Of a stretch of DNA of 32,000 bases, positions 1-9,933 are shown piece after piece. The position numbers were made by a program, and so were the translations under genes. The first letter of the stretch is position 1. Each line of letters starts with the position of its first letter. This stretch comes from Opitutales bacterium (lineage in GTDB: Bacteria; Verrucomicrobiota; Verrucomicrobiia; Opitutales; PNEW01): NCBI GenBank assembly GCA_965219535.1, contig CBDCNV010000002.1:1770001-1802000 (forward strand), written 5' to 3'. The notes under the pieces were generated by a model. The model worked only from the letters and a program-made list of their open reading frames with translations. It did no database searches and was not told the origin of the DNA.

Positions 1-2204
1 AAATCCTCGGGCGCGATCCCAATATTACCGAGCTGGGTGTTTTCAGTGTTATGTGGTCGGAGCATTGTTCCTATAAAAATTCCAAACGTCTCCTCAGTTC
101 TTTCCCTACTGAAAAGTCAGATCATGATGCCCCTCACCAGGTCCTGGTAAAAGCAGGTGAGGAAAATGCCGGGGTTATCGATATCGGTGACGGGTGGGCT
201 ATTTGTTTTAAAATTGAATCACATAACCACCCGAGCGCCGTTGAACCGTTTGAAGGTGCAGCCACGGGGGTAGGGGGGATTATCAGAGATATATTCACGA
301 TGGGTGCGCGGCCCGTCCTGCTCACCAATTCCCTGCGCTTTGGTGAAATAGATTCCCCTCCCGTCAAGAGCCTTATACGGGGTGTTGTGCAGGGTATAGC
401 TCATTATGGAAATTGTATAGGAATTCCCAATGTGGGCGGAGATGTCTATTTTGACTCCTGTTATGAGGGTAACCCGCTGGTCAATGCGCTCTGCCTGGGA
501 ATAGTGCGGCACGATCAAATTAAACGCGGGGCGGCAGTGGGCATAGGTAACCCAGTTTACTATGTCGGTCCTGCAACAGGCCGCGATGGGCTTGGAGGCG
601 CCAGCTTCGCCTCAAAGGAACTCTCAGAAGAGAGCGCGGCGGATCGCCCTTCAGTTCAGAAAGGTGATCCCTTCATGGAAAAACTGCTATTGGAAGCCTG
701 TCTGGAAATGATGGCCGTTCCCGGGCTGGTCGTTGGCATTCAGGATATGGGTGCAGCCGGATTAACCTGCTCCAGTTGTGAAACCGCAAGCCGCGGAAAC
801 TCTGGATTGGAAATTGACCTCGACCGTGTTCCGCAGCGAGAGACCGGGATGAACTCCTATGAAATCTTACTTTCAGAAAGCCAGGAGCGGATGCTGGTTA
901 TCGCGCAGGAGGGACGAGAAGCCGAATTAGAAACCATTTTTAAAAAGTGGGATTTACCGGCAGTGGTTATTGGTAAAGTGACCGAAGGAGAGGATCTGGA
1001 ATTAATACAGAACAATGGTCCAATTGCGAGAATACCTGCCAAGGCACTTGCTGACGATGCCCCGGTTTATAACCGTGAATTTAAAGAACCGGGCTATCTC
1101 CATGAAACACAAAACTGGGATGAGACAAAATTGCCTGACCTCGATGACGCTGGCGCTCAAAAGACGTTACCTCTTTTGCTGTCTGTGCCGACCATCGCCC
1201 ACAAAGACTGGATATGGAGACAGTATGATCACATGGTTATGACAAGCACGGTTGTAGGCCCGGGAAGTGATGCGGCGATCGTCAGGTTGCGACTGGGCGA
1301 GGACCTGGAAAAAATTATAGCCATAGCTAACGATTGCAACAACCGATACTGTTACCTGAATCCTTATCGAGGAGGACAGATTGCGATCGCTGAATCCATT
1401 CGCAATCTTACCTGTAGTGGAGCCCGACCACTTGCAATGACCAATTGCCTTAATTTTGGTAACCCTTACAAGCCGGAAGTATTTTACATGTTAAAAGAAT
1501 GTGTGCGGGGTCTGGTCGATGCCTGTACATTCTTTGACCTGCCGGTTGTGGGAGGCAATGTAAGTCTATACAATGAAAACCAGGATGGTGCTATCGACCC
1601 AACACCGGTTGTTTCCGTTGCTGGAATTGTCGATAACAAGGAGATGATTACGACACAAAATATAAAAAATGGAGACGAAACGATCATTCTACTCGGAGGG
1701 CTCTGTGACGAGATTGGCGGCAGTTATTATTTAAAAGAAATTCACGATTTAAAGACCGGTGAGGCACCCATGCCTGATCTTGCGGCAGAAGCGCGGATTA
1801 ACTCCCTTCTCTTATCGCTTATCAAAGACAGGCAGGTCGTTGCCGCGCATGATATTTCCGAAGGTGGACTCCTCGTTGCTCTCGCTGAAATGCTTTTTGC
1901 TCAAGAGCAAACCTTTGGAGCAAAATTGGATATGGCGTGGAAAACAGAGACGTTTCGTTTTGATGCACAACTTTTCGGTGAAAGTCAGGGAAGAGTCCTT
2001 ATTGCGGTGAATCCCAATGATCTCAATTCCGTCCTTAAATCAGCTCAAGCGGTGAAAGTTCCCGCATTGCGTTTAGGCCTTGCCACTAATGATTCCCGCT
2101 TAATTATCCAAAGTATTACTGGAAATGACGAAATTGTGTGGGACACAGGCGATTTGCGAGAAGCTTGGGAATGCTCTCTAACCGATTCTTTGAATGACAA
2201 ATAA
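1..2204 (+). CDS. purL: Phosphoribosylformylglycinamidine synthase subunit II (PurL), 5' end cut by the window edge
   Basis: The frame is open from base 3 ([28 protein letters not shown]...), so the true start lies upstream of the window. SEHCSYK, ESHNHPS and DMGAAGL motifs fit small-type PurL. purF and purM follow directly. Confidence 0.95.
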   Translation, partial: ILGRDPNITELGVFSVMWSEHCSYKNSKRLLSSFPTEKSDHDAPHQVLVKAGEENAGVIDIGDGWAICFKIESHNHPSAVEPFEGAATGVGGIIRDIFTMGARPVLLTNSLRFGEIDSPPVKSLIRGVVQGIAHYGNCIGIPNVGGDVYFDSCYEGNPLVNALCLGIVRHDQIKRGAAVGIGNPVYYVGPATGRDGLGGASFASKELSEESAADRPSVQKGDPFMEKLLLEACLEMMAVPGLVVGIQDMGAAGLTCSSCETASRGNSGLEIDLDRVPQRETGMNSYEILLSESQERMLVIAQEGREAELETIFKKWDLPAVVIGKVTEGEDLELIQNNGPIARIPAKALADDAPVYNREFKEPGYLHETQNWDETKLPDLDDAGAQKTLPLLLSVPTIAHKDWIWRQYDHMVMTSTVVGPGSDAAIVRLRLGEDLEKIIAIANDCNNRYCYLNPYRGGQIAIAESIRNLTCSGARPLAMTNCLNFGNPYKPEVFYMLKECVRGLVDACTFFDLPVVGGNVSLYNENQDGAIDPTPVVSVAGIVDNKEMITTQNIKNGDETIILLGGLCDEIGGSYYLKEIHDLKTGEAPMPDLAAEARINSLLLSLIKDRQVVAAHDISEGGLLVALAEMLFAQEQTFGAKLDMAWKTETFRFDAQLFGESQGRVLIAVNPNDLNSVLKSAQAVKVPALRLGLATNDSRLIIQSITGNDEIVWDTGDLREAWECSLTDSLNDK

Positions 2205-2224
2205 TAAATATAATCGATATTATT

Positions 2225-4168
2225 ATGGGTGAGGATTTAAAACATGATTGCGGTATAGCCCTTATCAGGCTCCTGAAGCCCCTCCCATATTATGAACAAA
2301 AATATGGGACGCCGCTTTATGGTTTTAATTTACTTTTCCTCTTAATGGAAAAGCAACATAACCGCGGGCAGGATGGAGCTGGTATTGGCGCGGTGAAGCT
2401 GAACGTCACTCCGGGGCAGCCCTATATGTTTCGCGAGCGCGTTGAAAATTCCAATTCACTTGATCTTATTTTCACCCGGCTGCTCGGTCAATATAATCAC
2501 CAGGTTCGCAATGGTATTATAATTCCAGAATTTCCACAGACCGTAAAAGAGCATTTCGATTTTGGAGCTGAAGCGTTAATTGGCCATCTCCGTTATGGTA
2601 CTTCGGGTAGTTATAATAAAGAAAGTCTACATCCCTATATTCGACGCAGTAATTGGCCGACAAAAAATCTGATGGTCGTTGGCAACTTTACGATGACGAA
2701 TACTAAAGCGCTTAATGACAGTCTTATTGAGCGTGGTCAGCATCCAATTTTTGAAACTGATACGCAAACGATCCTGGAGGAGATTGGCTTTTATCTGGAT
2801 GAAGAACACACGAAGATATACCGCGCTAAGAGGGATTCCGGAATTGCCGGTAAAGAAATTCCAGAAATAATCAGCGGCGATCTCGACGTCGCTAAAATCC
2901 TGAACCAGGCAGCGCGAGTGTGGGATGGGGGCTATAGTATAGCTGGTCTCATCGGCAATGGAGATGCGTTTGTGATGAGAGACCCCCATGGTATTCGTCC
3001 CTGCTTTTACTTTAAGAATGAGGAAATTGTCGCATTTGCATCTGAGCGAGTGCCCCTAATGACGGTATTCGAACAGTCAAAGGATTCAATTAAAGAAGTG
3101 CCGCCCGGTAATGTCATTGTTCTTAAAAGTAATGGTGAGTTTATTGACCAATCATTTGCCGAGCCCAAGAAAAAATTATCCTGTTCCTTTGAACGTATAT
3201 ATTTCAGTAGAGGCAACGATCCCGACATATATCTTGAACGCAAAGCATTAGGAGCAGCACTCGTTTCACAGATCAATGAGGAGATTGATCATGATCTCGA
3301 ACACACCGTATTCAGCTATATTCCCAACACTGCGGAGACGGCCTATTATGGATTGATGGATGCTCTCCATTATAACCGTCGAGAAGAAGTGAAATCCGCG
3401 ATCCTGGAAGCTGGCAAAAAGGGAGAAATTGATGATTCCCTGCTCGACGGAATGGTAATGAATAACTGGCCGCGCGGAGAAAAAATTGCGCATAAAGATA
3501 TTAAATTACGCACTTTTATCAGCCAGGAGAAGGGGAGAAATCAGCTCGTTTCGCACGTCTACGACGTCACCTATGGTGTCGTTAGGCCGGATGATAACTT
3601 AGTGTGTATGGAAGACTCTATCGTGCGCGGTACTACGCTTAAGCAATCAATAATAAAAATTCTTTCGAGAACAAATCCTAAAAAGATTGTCATCGCATCG
3701 ACTGCTCCGCAAATCCGCTATCCGGACTGCTATGGAATCGACATGTCGGAACTGGGGAAATTTATAGCCTTTCAAGCTGCGGTGGAACTTCTCAAAGACA
3801 AAGGAAAAAGCGATCTCCTCCTGGATGTTTACCAGGATTGTATACGGCAGGCAGAAGAATCACCCGAAAAAATTAAAAATCATGTCCTGCGAATTTATGA
3901 GCCGCACAGCACGGTTGAAATATCGAACAAAATTGCCGAATTAATCAGACCAAAGGAAATCGAGTGGGATGGTGAAATTGCGATAATTTACCAGAATATA
4001 GAGAATCTGCATAAATCGATACCCGAGCATAGTGGTGACTGGTATTTTACCGGAGACTATCCAACTTTGGGTGGCTATAAAGTACTCAATAGGGCATACA
4101 TCAATTATTACGAAGATAAAAAAGGCCGCAGTTATGATATCTCGAATAAAGTAATCGGCAATGAGTAG
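2225..4168 (+). CDS. purF: Amidophosphoribosyltransferase, long form (about 650 aa)
   Basis: N-terminus MGEDLKHD-CGIALIRLL has the class-II amidotransferase nucleophile Cys after a short propeptide. NRGQDGAGIG and the PRTase loop (VCMEDSIVRGTT) are present. It sits between purL and purM. Confidence 0.9.
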   Translation: MGEDLKHDCGIALIRLLKPLPYYEQKYGTPLYGFNLLFLLMEKQHNRGQDGAGIGAVKLNVTPGQPYMFRERVENSNSLDLIFTRLLGQYNHQVRNGIIIPEFPQTVKEHFDFGAEALIGHLRYGTSGSYNKESLHPYIRRSNWPTKNLMVVGNFTMTNTKALNDSLIERGQHPIFETDTQTILEEIGFYLDEEHTKIYRAKRDSGIAGKEIPEIISGDLDVAKILNQAARVWDGGYSIAGLIGNGDAFVMRDPHGIRPCFYFKNEEIVAFASERVPLMTVFEQSKDSIKEVPPGNVIVLKSNGEFIDQSFAEPKKKLSCSFERIYFSRGNDPDIYLERKALGAALVSQINEEIDHDLEHTVFSYIPNTAETAYYGLMDALHYNRREEVKSAILEAGKKGEIDDSLLDGMVMNNWPRGEKIAHKDIKLRTFISQEKGRNQLVSHVYDVTYGVVRPDDNLVCMEDSIVRGTTLKQSIIKILSRTNPKKIVIASTAPQIRYPDCYGIDMSELGKFIAFQAAVELLKDKGKSDLLLDVYQDCIRQAEESPEKIKNHVLRIYEPHSTVEISNKIAELIRPKEIEWDGEIAIIYQNIENLHKSIPEHSGDWYFTGDYPTLGGYKVLNRAYINYYEDKKGRSYDISNKVIGNE

Positions 4169-5231
4169 TAATAAAGCTTACGCCAAAGCCGGCGTGGATA
4201 TCGATTTAAAAGCCCGCTTATTGAAATCGATTAAAGCCGATGTGAAGCGAGCGTCGCGGCCAGAAGTACTGGGCGCGATTGGTGGTTTTGGCGGTCTATT
4301 TGATTTATCAAAGACTAAATACAAAAAGCCCGTTCTCGTTAGCAGTACCGATTCGGTGGGGACAAAATTAAAAGTAGCATTCATGACCGGTAAGCATGTA
4401 GGGGTAGGGGTTGATATCGTTAATCATTGTATTAATGATATAGCAGTGATGGGTGCTGAACCACTTTTCTTCCTCGATTACTTTGGGACGAGCAAACTCG
4501 AGAAGAAAGCGTTCCAAGCCGTAGTCGCAGGTGTAACGAGGGCCTGTAAAGCTTCCAATTGCGCTTTTATTGGTGGTGAAACTTGCGAATTATCAGGATT
4601 TTACAAACCAGGTGAATACGATCTGGTAGGGACAATCGTCGGTATTGTAGAAAAGGACCGCATGCTAACGGGTGAGACTATCCGCCCGGGTGATCGGTTA
4701 ATTGGATTGGCATCCAATGGATTGCACACCAATGGTTATACCCTGGCACGTGACATATTTTTCAATAAACTAAAATTGAAACCAAAAGACAATATACCGG
4801 GTGGTCGACAGAACCTGGGTTCGGCTTTGTTAAAGCCCCATCTCAGTTATAGTGATATACTGCTGGGTCTTACTCGGAGGTTTAACCGAGCAACGCATTC
4901 AAGAAAGCGCAAGGAGAACGCAGTTTTAGGTGCGATTCATATTACGGGGGGAGGTTTTAGGGGTAACATTCCGCGTGTTCTCCCACAAAATTGTAATGTC
5001 ACGGTGAATACTCAATCATGGCCGAAACCATCTATTTTCAAAGCTTTGATTGAATACGGGAAGGTTTCATTTGAGGAATTATACGAAGTCTTCAATATGG
5101 GAATAGGTATGACCTTAGTCGTAGCACCGGGTGCTGCCGACGCCATAATTAAATTTTGTAGAGGGAAAAAACAGAGAGCATACCTTGTTGGTGAAGTCAT
5201 AACTGGGCAAGGTGACGTTCAGCTCCAGTAA
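4161..5231 (+). CDS. purM: Phosphoribosylformylglycinamidine cyclo-ligase (AIR synthetase)
   Basis: YAKAGVDID near the N-terminus, DSVGTKLK and HCINDIAVMGAEPLFFLDY motifs. The ATG overlaps the purF stop by 8 nt. Confidence 0.93.
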   Translation: MSSNKAYAKAGVDIDLKARLLKSIKADVKRASRPEVLGAIGGFGGLFDLSKTKYKKPVLVSSTDSVGTKLKVAFMTGKHVGVGVDIVNHCINDIAVMGAEPLFFLDYFGTSKLEKKAFQAVVAGVTRACKASNCAFIGGETCELSGFYKPGEYDLVGTIVGIVEKDRMLTGETIRPGDRLIGLASNGLHTNGYTLARDIFFNKLKLKPKDNIPGGRQNLGSALLKPHLSYSDILLGLTRRFNRATHSRKRKENAVLGAIHITGGGFRGNIPRVLPQNCNVTVNTQSWPKPSIFKALIEYGKVSFEELYEVFNMGIGMTLVVAPGAADAIIKFCRGKKQRAYLVGEVITGQGDVQLQ

Positions 5232-5369
5232 ATTTTTTTGATACAGAGCGTTAGTTCACCCTTGTAGATCTCATTCACCTTGATTCACTCGGTAGACGAG
5301 AAGCCAAATCAGGGAGATCGGGGTTTTAGTTGACATTGTTTGTTGATCAACACATACCACAGAATTACG

Positions 5370-5969
5370 ATGGGGTTCACAGTATCACAACGTGTGCTGA
5401 TTCTGAACCGGCTTTGGCAAGCGGTTAATATCGTTGGCGCGAAGCGGGCGTTTGGGTTATTACTCCAGGACAATGCTAAAGTTATTCATTCTACGGATGA
5501 TGATTTTCAGGTTTTAAAATCGGATGAGTGGATTGCTTATTCTATGAGCAACCCCCCGATGAACGATGAAGATTGTGTCCATACGGTGCGGTACAAAATT
5601 CGCATCCCCAGCATCCTCCTTCTGAATTATTATGATAAATTGCCCATGAAGGAGGTGAAGTTTACCCGCCAACACCTGTTTGAACGGGATAAATACACCT
5701 GCCAATATTGCGGTGGCCGTTTTTCACAACGCGAGCTTAATTTAGATCACGTTATTCCAAGAGATCGTGGTGGTAAAACCAGTTGGGAAAATATCGTTAC
5801 TTCCTGTCTCCATTGTAATACACGAAAGGGAAATCGTTTTCCTCATGAAGCAGGTCTGCGATTAAAGCACAAGCCGATACGCCCTAAATGGCGGCCCTTC
5901 ATAAGCTTTTTTTTGGGTCCTGAATACAATGAAAGCTGGAAGCATTTCCTCAAGGCCCAGCGTTCTTAG
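5370..5969 (+). CDS. HNH endonuclease family protein (conserved stand-alone type, function unknown)
   Basis: C-terminal HNH/Zn-finger core: CQYCGG...LNLDHVIPRDRGGKTSWENIVTSCLHCNTRKGN. The N-terminal VLILNRLWQAVNIVGAKRAFGLL block is typical of the roughly 180-aa stand-alone HNH family. I prefer the ATG at 5370 to the track's TTG at 5340, but the start is uncertain. Confidence 0.8.
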   Translation: MGFTVSQRVLILNRLWQAVNIVGAKRAFGLLLQDNAKVIHSTDDDFQVLKSDEWIAYSMSNPPMNDEDCVHTVRYKIRIPSILLLNYYDKLPMKEVKFTRQHLFERDKYTCQYCGGRFSQRELNLDHVIPRDRGGKTSWENIVTSCLHCNTRKGNRFPHEAGLRLKHKPIRPKWRPFISFFLGPEYNESWKHFLKAQRS

Positions 5970-6101
5970 CCAGGGGTTTTTGGCTTTTGTTGTCATTTTT
6001 TGCATCTAACACTTGAATCTTTCAGCATAATGGCGTTTCTTATTAGTGTTGAAATGTCTAGTGATAGCTAACGACCCGATTTATTCTTTGTTCATACCAT
6101 A

Positions 6102-6332
6102 ATGGCGAAAAAAATCAGACAGAATAAAGGGATTAGTAGAATAGACTCAGGTTCTACTCATGGTTGGTTTGTTCGAGGTTATAAAAATGGCAGGACTTTC
6201 TCCAAGCTGTTCAGTGATCTAAAAAGTGGAGGCAAAAGAAAAGCACTGCTATTGGCACGTCAATATCGTGACCAGTTATTGAAAAAACTCGATAAGATGC
6301 CTGTTAGAACGAGAAAACGTCGTGTTTCTTAA
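6102..6332 (+). CDS. Small basic protein (76 aa), possible AP2/integrase-type DNA-binding domain
   Basis: GISRIDSGSTHGWFVRGYKNGRTFSKLFSD..GGKRKALLLARQYRDQL reads as three short beta-strands plus a helix, the AP2-like pattern. The C-terminal tail is very basic (RTRKRRVS). Hand-counted GC is about 38-39%, below neighbouring genes. No obvious SD. Confidence 0.5.
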   Translation: MAKKIRQNKGISRIDSGSTHGWFVRGYKNGRTFSKLFSDLKSGGKRKALLLARQYRDQLLKKLDKMPVRTRKRRVS

Positions 6333-6431
6333 TGTGACTTTGGGTAAAGCCTGATTACTTATTCTCTGCCCCTGATTTCGAGCAGCAGAGGGATTGTATC
6401 CTCCCGCTAAGCTTGGGCATTCGGATATCCT

Positions 6432-7172
6432 CTACTTTAGCTGATTAAAGGCAGCCATCGCTGCGCCTATCATTCCTGCATTATTGCGGTGTTCTGCAGC
6501 TACGAGAGGCGTCTCAATTGTCAGATAAGGGACATAGTTATTGGGTTCACTAGCACCCCCCCCTCCAATAATGAAGAGATTGGGTGAAAATAAATTATTT
6601 AGATATTGGAGATAGTGATCAAATCGCTTGGCCCAGTCTTCCCAAGTCAGATTTTCTCGCTCGCGCACGACTGATGAAATAGACCTTTCAGCGTAGTCTC
6701 CATTCATGATAATCAGGCCCATCTCGGTATTTGGCAAAAGCTGACCGTTAGTGAAAAAAGCAGAGCCTATACCGGTTCCGACGGTTAGAACGATAACCAC
6801 TCCATTTTTATTTCGTCCGGCTCCAAAATGCATTTCAGCAATACCGGCAGCATCAGCGTCGTTAACTATCCAAGTTGGGTTGTTTGTCTTTTCGATAATT
6901 TTATCGGCCAGGTTAATGCCGATCCAACTGGAGTCAAAATTCGTAGCGGTATGCACAACATTCTGGAGTATCACACCCGGGTATCCGCAGCCAAGAGGTC
7001 CCTCCCATTTGAAATGATCGGCAATGTCCTTAATGACGTCGAGAACAGGTTCAGGCTTTAGCGACGATGGTGTCTTAACGCGCAGCTGATCACCCAGCAG
7101 TTCACCGGTCTCTACATTTATAAGAGAACCCTTAATCCCGGTACCTCCTATATCAATTCCAAGTACGTTCAT
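6432..7172 (-). CDS. ppgK: ROK-family polyphosphate/ATP glucokinase
   Basis: N-terminal LGIDIGGTGIKG sugar-kinase phosphate-1 motif, VNDADAAG, and TVGTGIGSAFF. Length of about 246 aa is typical of PpgK-type ROK kinases. Confidence 0.8.
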   Translation of the reverse strand: MNVLGIDIGGTGIKGSLINVETGELLGDQLRVKTPSSLKPEPVLDVIKDIADHFKWEGPLGCGYPGVILQNVVHTATNFDSSWIGINLADKIIEKTNNPTWIVNDADAAGIAEMHFGAGRNKNGVVIVLTVGTGIGSAFFTNGQLLPNTEMGLIIMNGDYAERSISSVVRERENLTWEDWAKRFDHYLQYLNNLFSPNLFIIGGGGASEPNNYVPYLTIETPLVAAEHRNNAGMIGAAMAAFNQLK

Positions 7173-7222
7173 TCGAGCCTGAATTACAACAGTTAGCTGG
7201 GGAGGTGAATACCCTTAACTCG

Positions 7223-7945
7223 TCAATTATTCGATACAGGTATAGAATCTGCGATTGCTTCTACCCTGATCTTCGGTTTCACCGTGGGAGCGGTTTTCCG
7301 TTTCGTGTGTCCTAACTTCAATAGGCAGATATAAAGTTCCCGACTGATCCAGGCATCGGTTGCGGCATATTTAATTTGCGTTTCGCTCAGTTGCTTGCGG
7401 TTCCAGTTCGTAATCTGTGCGCCTTTAGAGATTCGGCATTTGAGGAAGATCGCCGCTAAACTACGTAAACCGGTATTAATGATTCCCAGTTTTTGCGTGA
7501 TATCACTTATCTCGACAATACCGGCTGGTTTAAAGGTATCGAGTTCTACGAGTTTACGAATATCGTCATGGATAGCGACGCCGGCCTTGATGATTTTGGG
7601 GTCTGAAAGCAAGGGAGCAATGGACTTCAATCCATTTAGTCCACGCAATTGGAAAAGATAGACTGTCTGCTCACCTGCTAGCTGTAGAAGCGCTGGTGGA
7701 AAAGATTCACCTTTTCGAAAGGTCGGTTTCGTTTCCGTGTCTAGCCCCAGAATCCGCTCCTTTTTTAATAGAGCAACTGCTTCTTTTGCTTCTTTGGTAT
7801 TACTTACAATACGAATAGGCCCATTAAAACGGTGAAGCGGAAGGTGATTAATCGCTTCTTTAGTTATACTCGTCTGTAGACTTGTAGCGTCTGTTTTCAT
7901 ATGACTGGCGGCATCTACTTTCTTTTGATAGAGAAAGCGCCCCAC
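7223..7945 (-). CDS. 3'-5' exonuclease domain protein (RNase D / WRN-exo-like, DEDDy)
   Basis: Exo motifs LGLDTETKP (DxE), AIHDDIRKL and YAATDAW (Yx3D). The track start is a GTG at 7945 preceded by GAGGAA. An ATG at 7900 is an alternative start. Confidence 0.8.
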   Translation of the reverse strand: MGRFLYQKKVDAASHMKTDATSLQTSITKEAINHLPLHRFNGPIRIVSNTKEAKEAVALLKKERILGLDTETKPTFRKGESFPPALLQLAGEQTVYLFQLRGLNGLKSIAPLLSDPKIIKAGVAIHDDIRKLVELDTFKPAGIVEISDITQKLGIINTGLRSLAAIFLKCRISKGAQITNWNRKQLSETQIKYAATDAWISRELYICLLKLGHTKRKTAPTVKPKIRVEAIADSIPVSNN

Positions 7946-8091
7946 CTGTTCCTCGAAAAAATTATCATTCTATTAATAATTACTTTTAGTCCTTAAAAAG
8001 CTCTAGCCAATCGGGAAAAAATTCGGTGGCGAGAAAAATTACATTAAACGGTTAGTTTCACAACATGAATATGATAAGTTATTATCATAAA

Positions 8092-8115
8092 ACGACAAAT
8101 GAAGTCATTTGTCGT
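8092..8115 (-). terminator. Rho-independent-type hairpin downstream of the GDPD gene
   Basis: Perfect 10-bp stem ACGACAAATG / CATTTGTCGT with a 4-nt loop, 24 nt past the stop at 8139. It is T-rich on both sides (TTTAT on the minus strand, CTTTTT on the plus strand). Confidence 0.6.
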
Positions 8116-8138
8116 CTTTTTCTCCCTTAAACGAGCAG

Positions 8139-8885
8139 CTATCTTAATGAAGCTGAAATTTGAGCTGGAAAATCGGTAGTGATCATTTTTGCACCAAGTG
8201 AAGCCCAGTTATGGGCATCTGCAGCATCATTCACTGTCCAGACGGATAAATGAAGCTGAGAATAATTTAGGCTTGGGATTAATTGAAGGGTTTCGAACCA
8301 TGAATTGGCTAAACCCAGCCCATCGGCACGCACGTTTTGAGCATCAACAATTTTACTGTAAAGTTCTCTTAAAGGATCAATGCCTGGATTATCGACGAGG
8401 AGTAAGGTTTGCCAATTTGAGTGCATGGATTTGACCTGACTTACGGTTGGGAGATCAAAGCTCATAAACCACAAGTTATTCCAATTTACTGATCTCGATA
8501 TAAAAGTGCGTTCAATCGCTGGTATCAATTCCGGACCCTCTTTCAGTTCGAGGAGGAGAATTTTATCATCCGGTATTGCAGCTATTACATTATCCAAAGT
8601 AGGGATTCTTTCACCTTTCCATTTTGGATCCTTCCATTGTCCAACGTCATATTGGTTGAGTGATTCCACCGTCTGATGACGAATGGATAAATTAACGCCC
8701 GCGATACGTTGCAGATCAGCGTCATGAAATAGGATGGGGCAATTATCGGCACTTAGACGAAGATCGATTTCAACTCCATCGGCGTTCAATTCCCAAGCCA
8801 ACTTAATAGCGGCGAGTGTATTTTCAGGCGCGTCTCCTGAAGCGCCTCGATGAGCAATAATTTTCAAGGCGAAGATGTTTGCCAC
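8139..8885 (-). CDS. Glycerophosphodiester phosphodiesterase family protein
   Basis: IIAHRGASGDAPENT and GVEIDLRLSADNCPILFHD are the GDPD catalytic signature. GTG start. Confidence 0.85.
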   Translation of the reverse strand: MANIFALKIIAHRGASGDAPENTLAAIKLAWELNADGVEIDLRLSADNCPILFHDADLQRIAGVNLSIRHQTVESLNQYDVGQWKDPKWKGERIPTLDNVIAAIPDDKILLLELKEGPELIPAIERTFISRSVNWNNLWFMSFDLPTVSQVKSMHSNWQTLLLVDNPGIDPLRELYSKIVDAQNVRADGLGLANSWFETLQLIPSLNYSQLHLSVWTVNDAADAHNWASLGAKMITTDFPAQISASLR

Positions 8886-8937
8886 TTATTCGCAGAGGGA
8901 GATGTCATTACCATTAATAATATTTTACGGCTGGTAA

Positions 8938-9933
8938 CTATTCATTGTCCGCGATTGCGGTGCAGATTATTTTCAGGCTTTTTATACCTTCCTCAAGAGG
9001 GCAGAGCGTTTTGGTATTATCAGTAATTGCTTGAAGGAACTCCTTATCTTCTGTGCGGAACATATGGTCCCTTTCTGTAGCCATCACTTCTCTTTCCCAA
9101 TTCCCTTTTTTTGCCTCGTAGACTGAGACCGTGCACTGATCCCAGCTGCTGAATTCTACTGTGATCGTGCCCTTGGTTCCGATAAGCTCGGTTATTCGCG
9201 TTCGCGGTGTGCCGAAGAAATTCAGGTAGACACTGGCGATGCATTTTTCACCGAAACGCAAATTTAATTGAGCTAAATCCGGAGCGGTAAATCCTATTCC
9301 ACCATATACACCATCCATAGCCTGAACTTCAGTTACTGGTTCATTTGCATACCAGCAGGTCAGATCAATTTCATGAGATAGATCGTAAGCGCCCAACTCC
9401 TTTATGGTGAATAACGATTTATAATCGGGTCGCGCTTCGGGTAAGCTTTCGCTCATGCGACAACAAATAGACACCACTTCACCGATTCGCGCCATTTCAA
9501 TATATTCTTTAGCTTTTGTCAGCCCTTCATGGTAGCGAAAACAGAGCGCAACCATATAAGTTTTGCCACTGCTTTCGATCGTCTTGGCCAATTTATCTAG
9601 ACCTTCGAGAGAGTCGGAAACGGGTTTTTCACTGAGGACATGTATGCCAGCCTCCAATGACTGGGTCGCCATGGGAATGTGTAATTTGGGAGGCGTTGCG
9701 ATTAAAACAGCATCGGGTTTCGCACTAAGACCCTCTTCATAAGAGGTATAGGTTTTGCTAACGGGACCCTCATCGGTCAGGCTTTTTATCTGTTCTTCTG
9801 AGGGGTCACATACGCGAATGTCACGCAATCCCAAAGAGCGCAGCACACGTGCATGGCGTTTTCCAATGGAGCCACAACCAGCAATCAGAATACTTCTCTC
9901 TATCCAGTTGTTCTCACTCACGCCAAGTCTCAA
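8938..9933 (-). CDS. Gfo/Idh/MocA family NAD(P)-dependent oxidoreductase
   Basis: N-terminal Rossmann motif ILIAGCGSIGKRHARVL and the EKP motif (VLSEKPV). The TTG start directly abuts the stop of the upstream SDR gene. A GTG at 9921 is an alternative start. Confidence 0.8.
   Translation of the reverse strand: MRLGVSENNWIERSILIAGCGSIGKRHARVLRSLGLRDIRVCDPSEEQIKSLTDEGPVSKTYTSYEEGLSAKPDAVLIATPPKLHIPMATQSLEAGIHVLSEKPVSDSLEGLDKLAKTIESSGKTYMVALCFRYHEGLTKAKEYIEMARIGEVVSICCRMSESLPEARPDYKSLFTIKELGAYDLSHEIDLTCWYANEPVTEVQAMDGVYGGIGFTAPDLAQLNLRFGEKCIASVYLNFFGTPRTRITELIGTKGTITVEFSSWDQCTVSVYEAKKGNWEREVMATERDHMFRTEDKEFLQAITDNTKTLCPLEEGIKSLKIICTAIADNE

Noticed and set aside
5254-5290. Three TTCAC(C) copies (5255, 5274, 5284) with roughly helical phasing between purM and the HNH gene, plus a consensus TTGACA at 5330-5335.
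   Set aside because: Five- to six-bp words recur by chance many times in 32 kb. CTTGATTCAC also occurs at 18375-18384, but about 500 identical 10-mer pairs are expected by chance in this window. No convincing -10 element lies 17 bp after the TTGACA (the best candidate is CATACC).
5340-5369. TTG or GTG N-terminal extensions proposed by the ORF track (5340 HNH, 16522 MBL hydrolase, 20738 tyrS, 26378 trpB, 13419 yraN).
   Set aside because: In each case an in-frame ATG a few codons downstream gives an N-terminus matching the usual start of the family (for example MSALDLIKL for TyrS and MQTTSDI...FGDYGG for TrpB). The extensions add non-conserved residues. This remains uncertain without alignments.
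8071-8088. Short perfect inverted repeats in intergenic DNA: ATGATAA-gtta-TTATCAT (8071-8088) upstream of the exonuclease gene, and AACAGA-aata-TCTGTT (10774-10789) upstream of the SDR operon.
   Set aside because: Arms of 6-7 bp with a flexible spacer are expected tens of times by chance in 32 kb, and several times in the intergenic fraction alone. Without conservation or a cognate regulator nearby they cannot be called operators.
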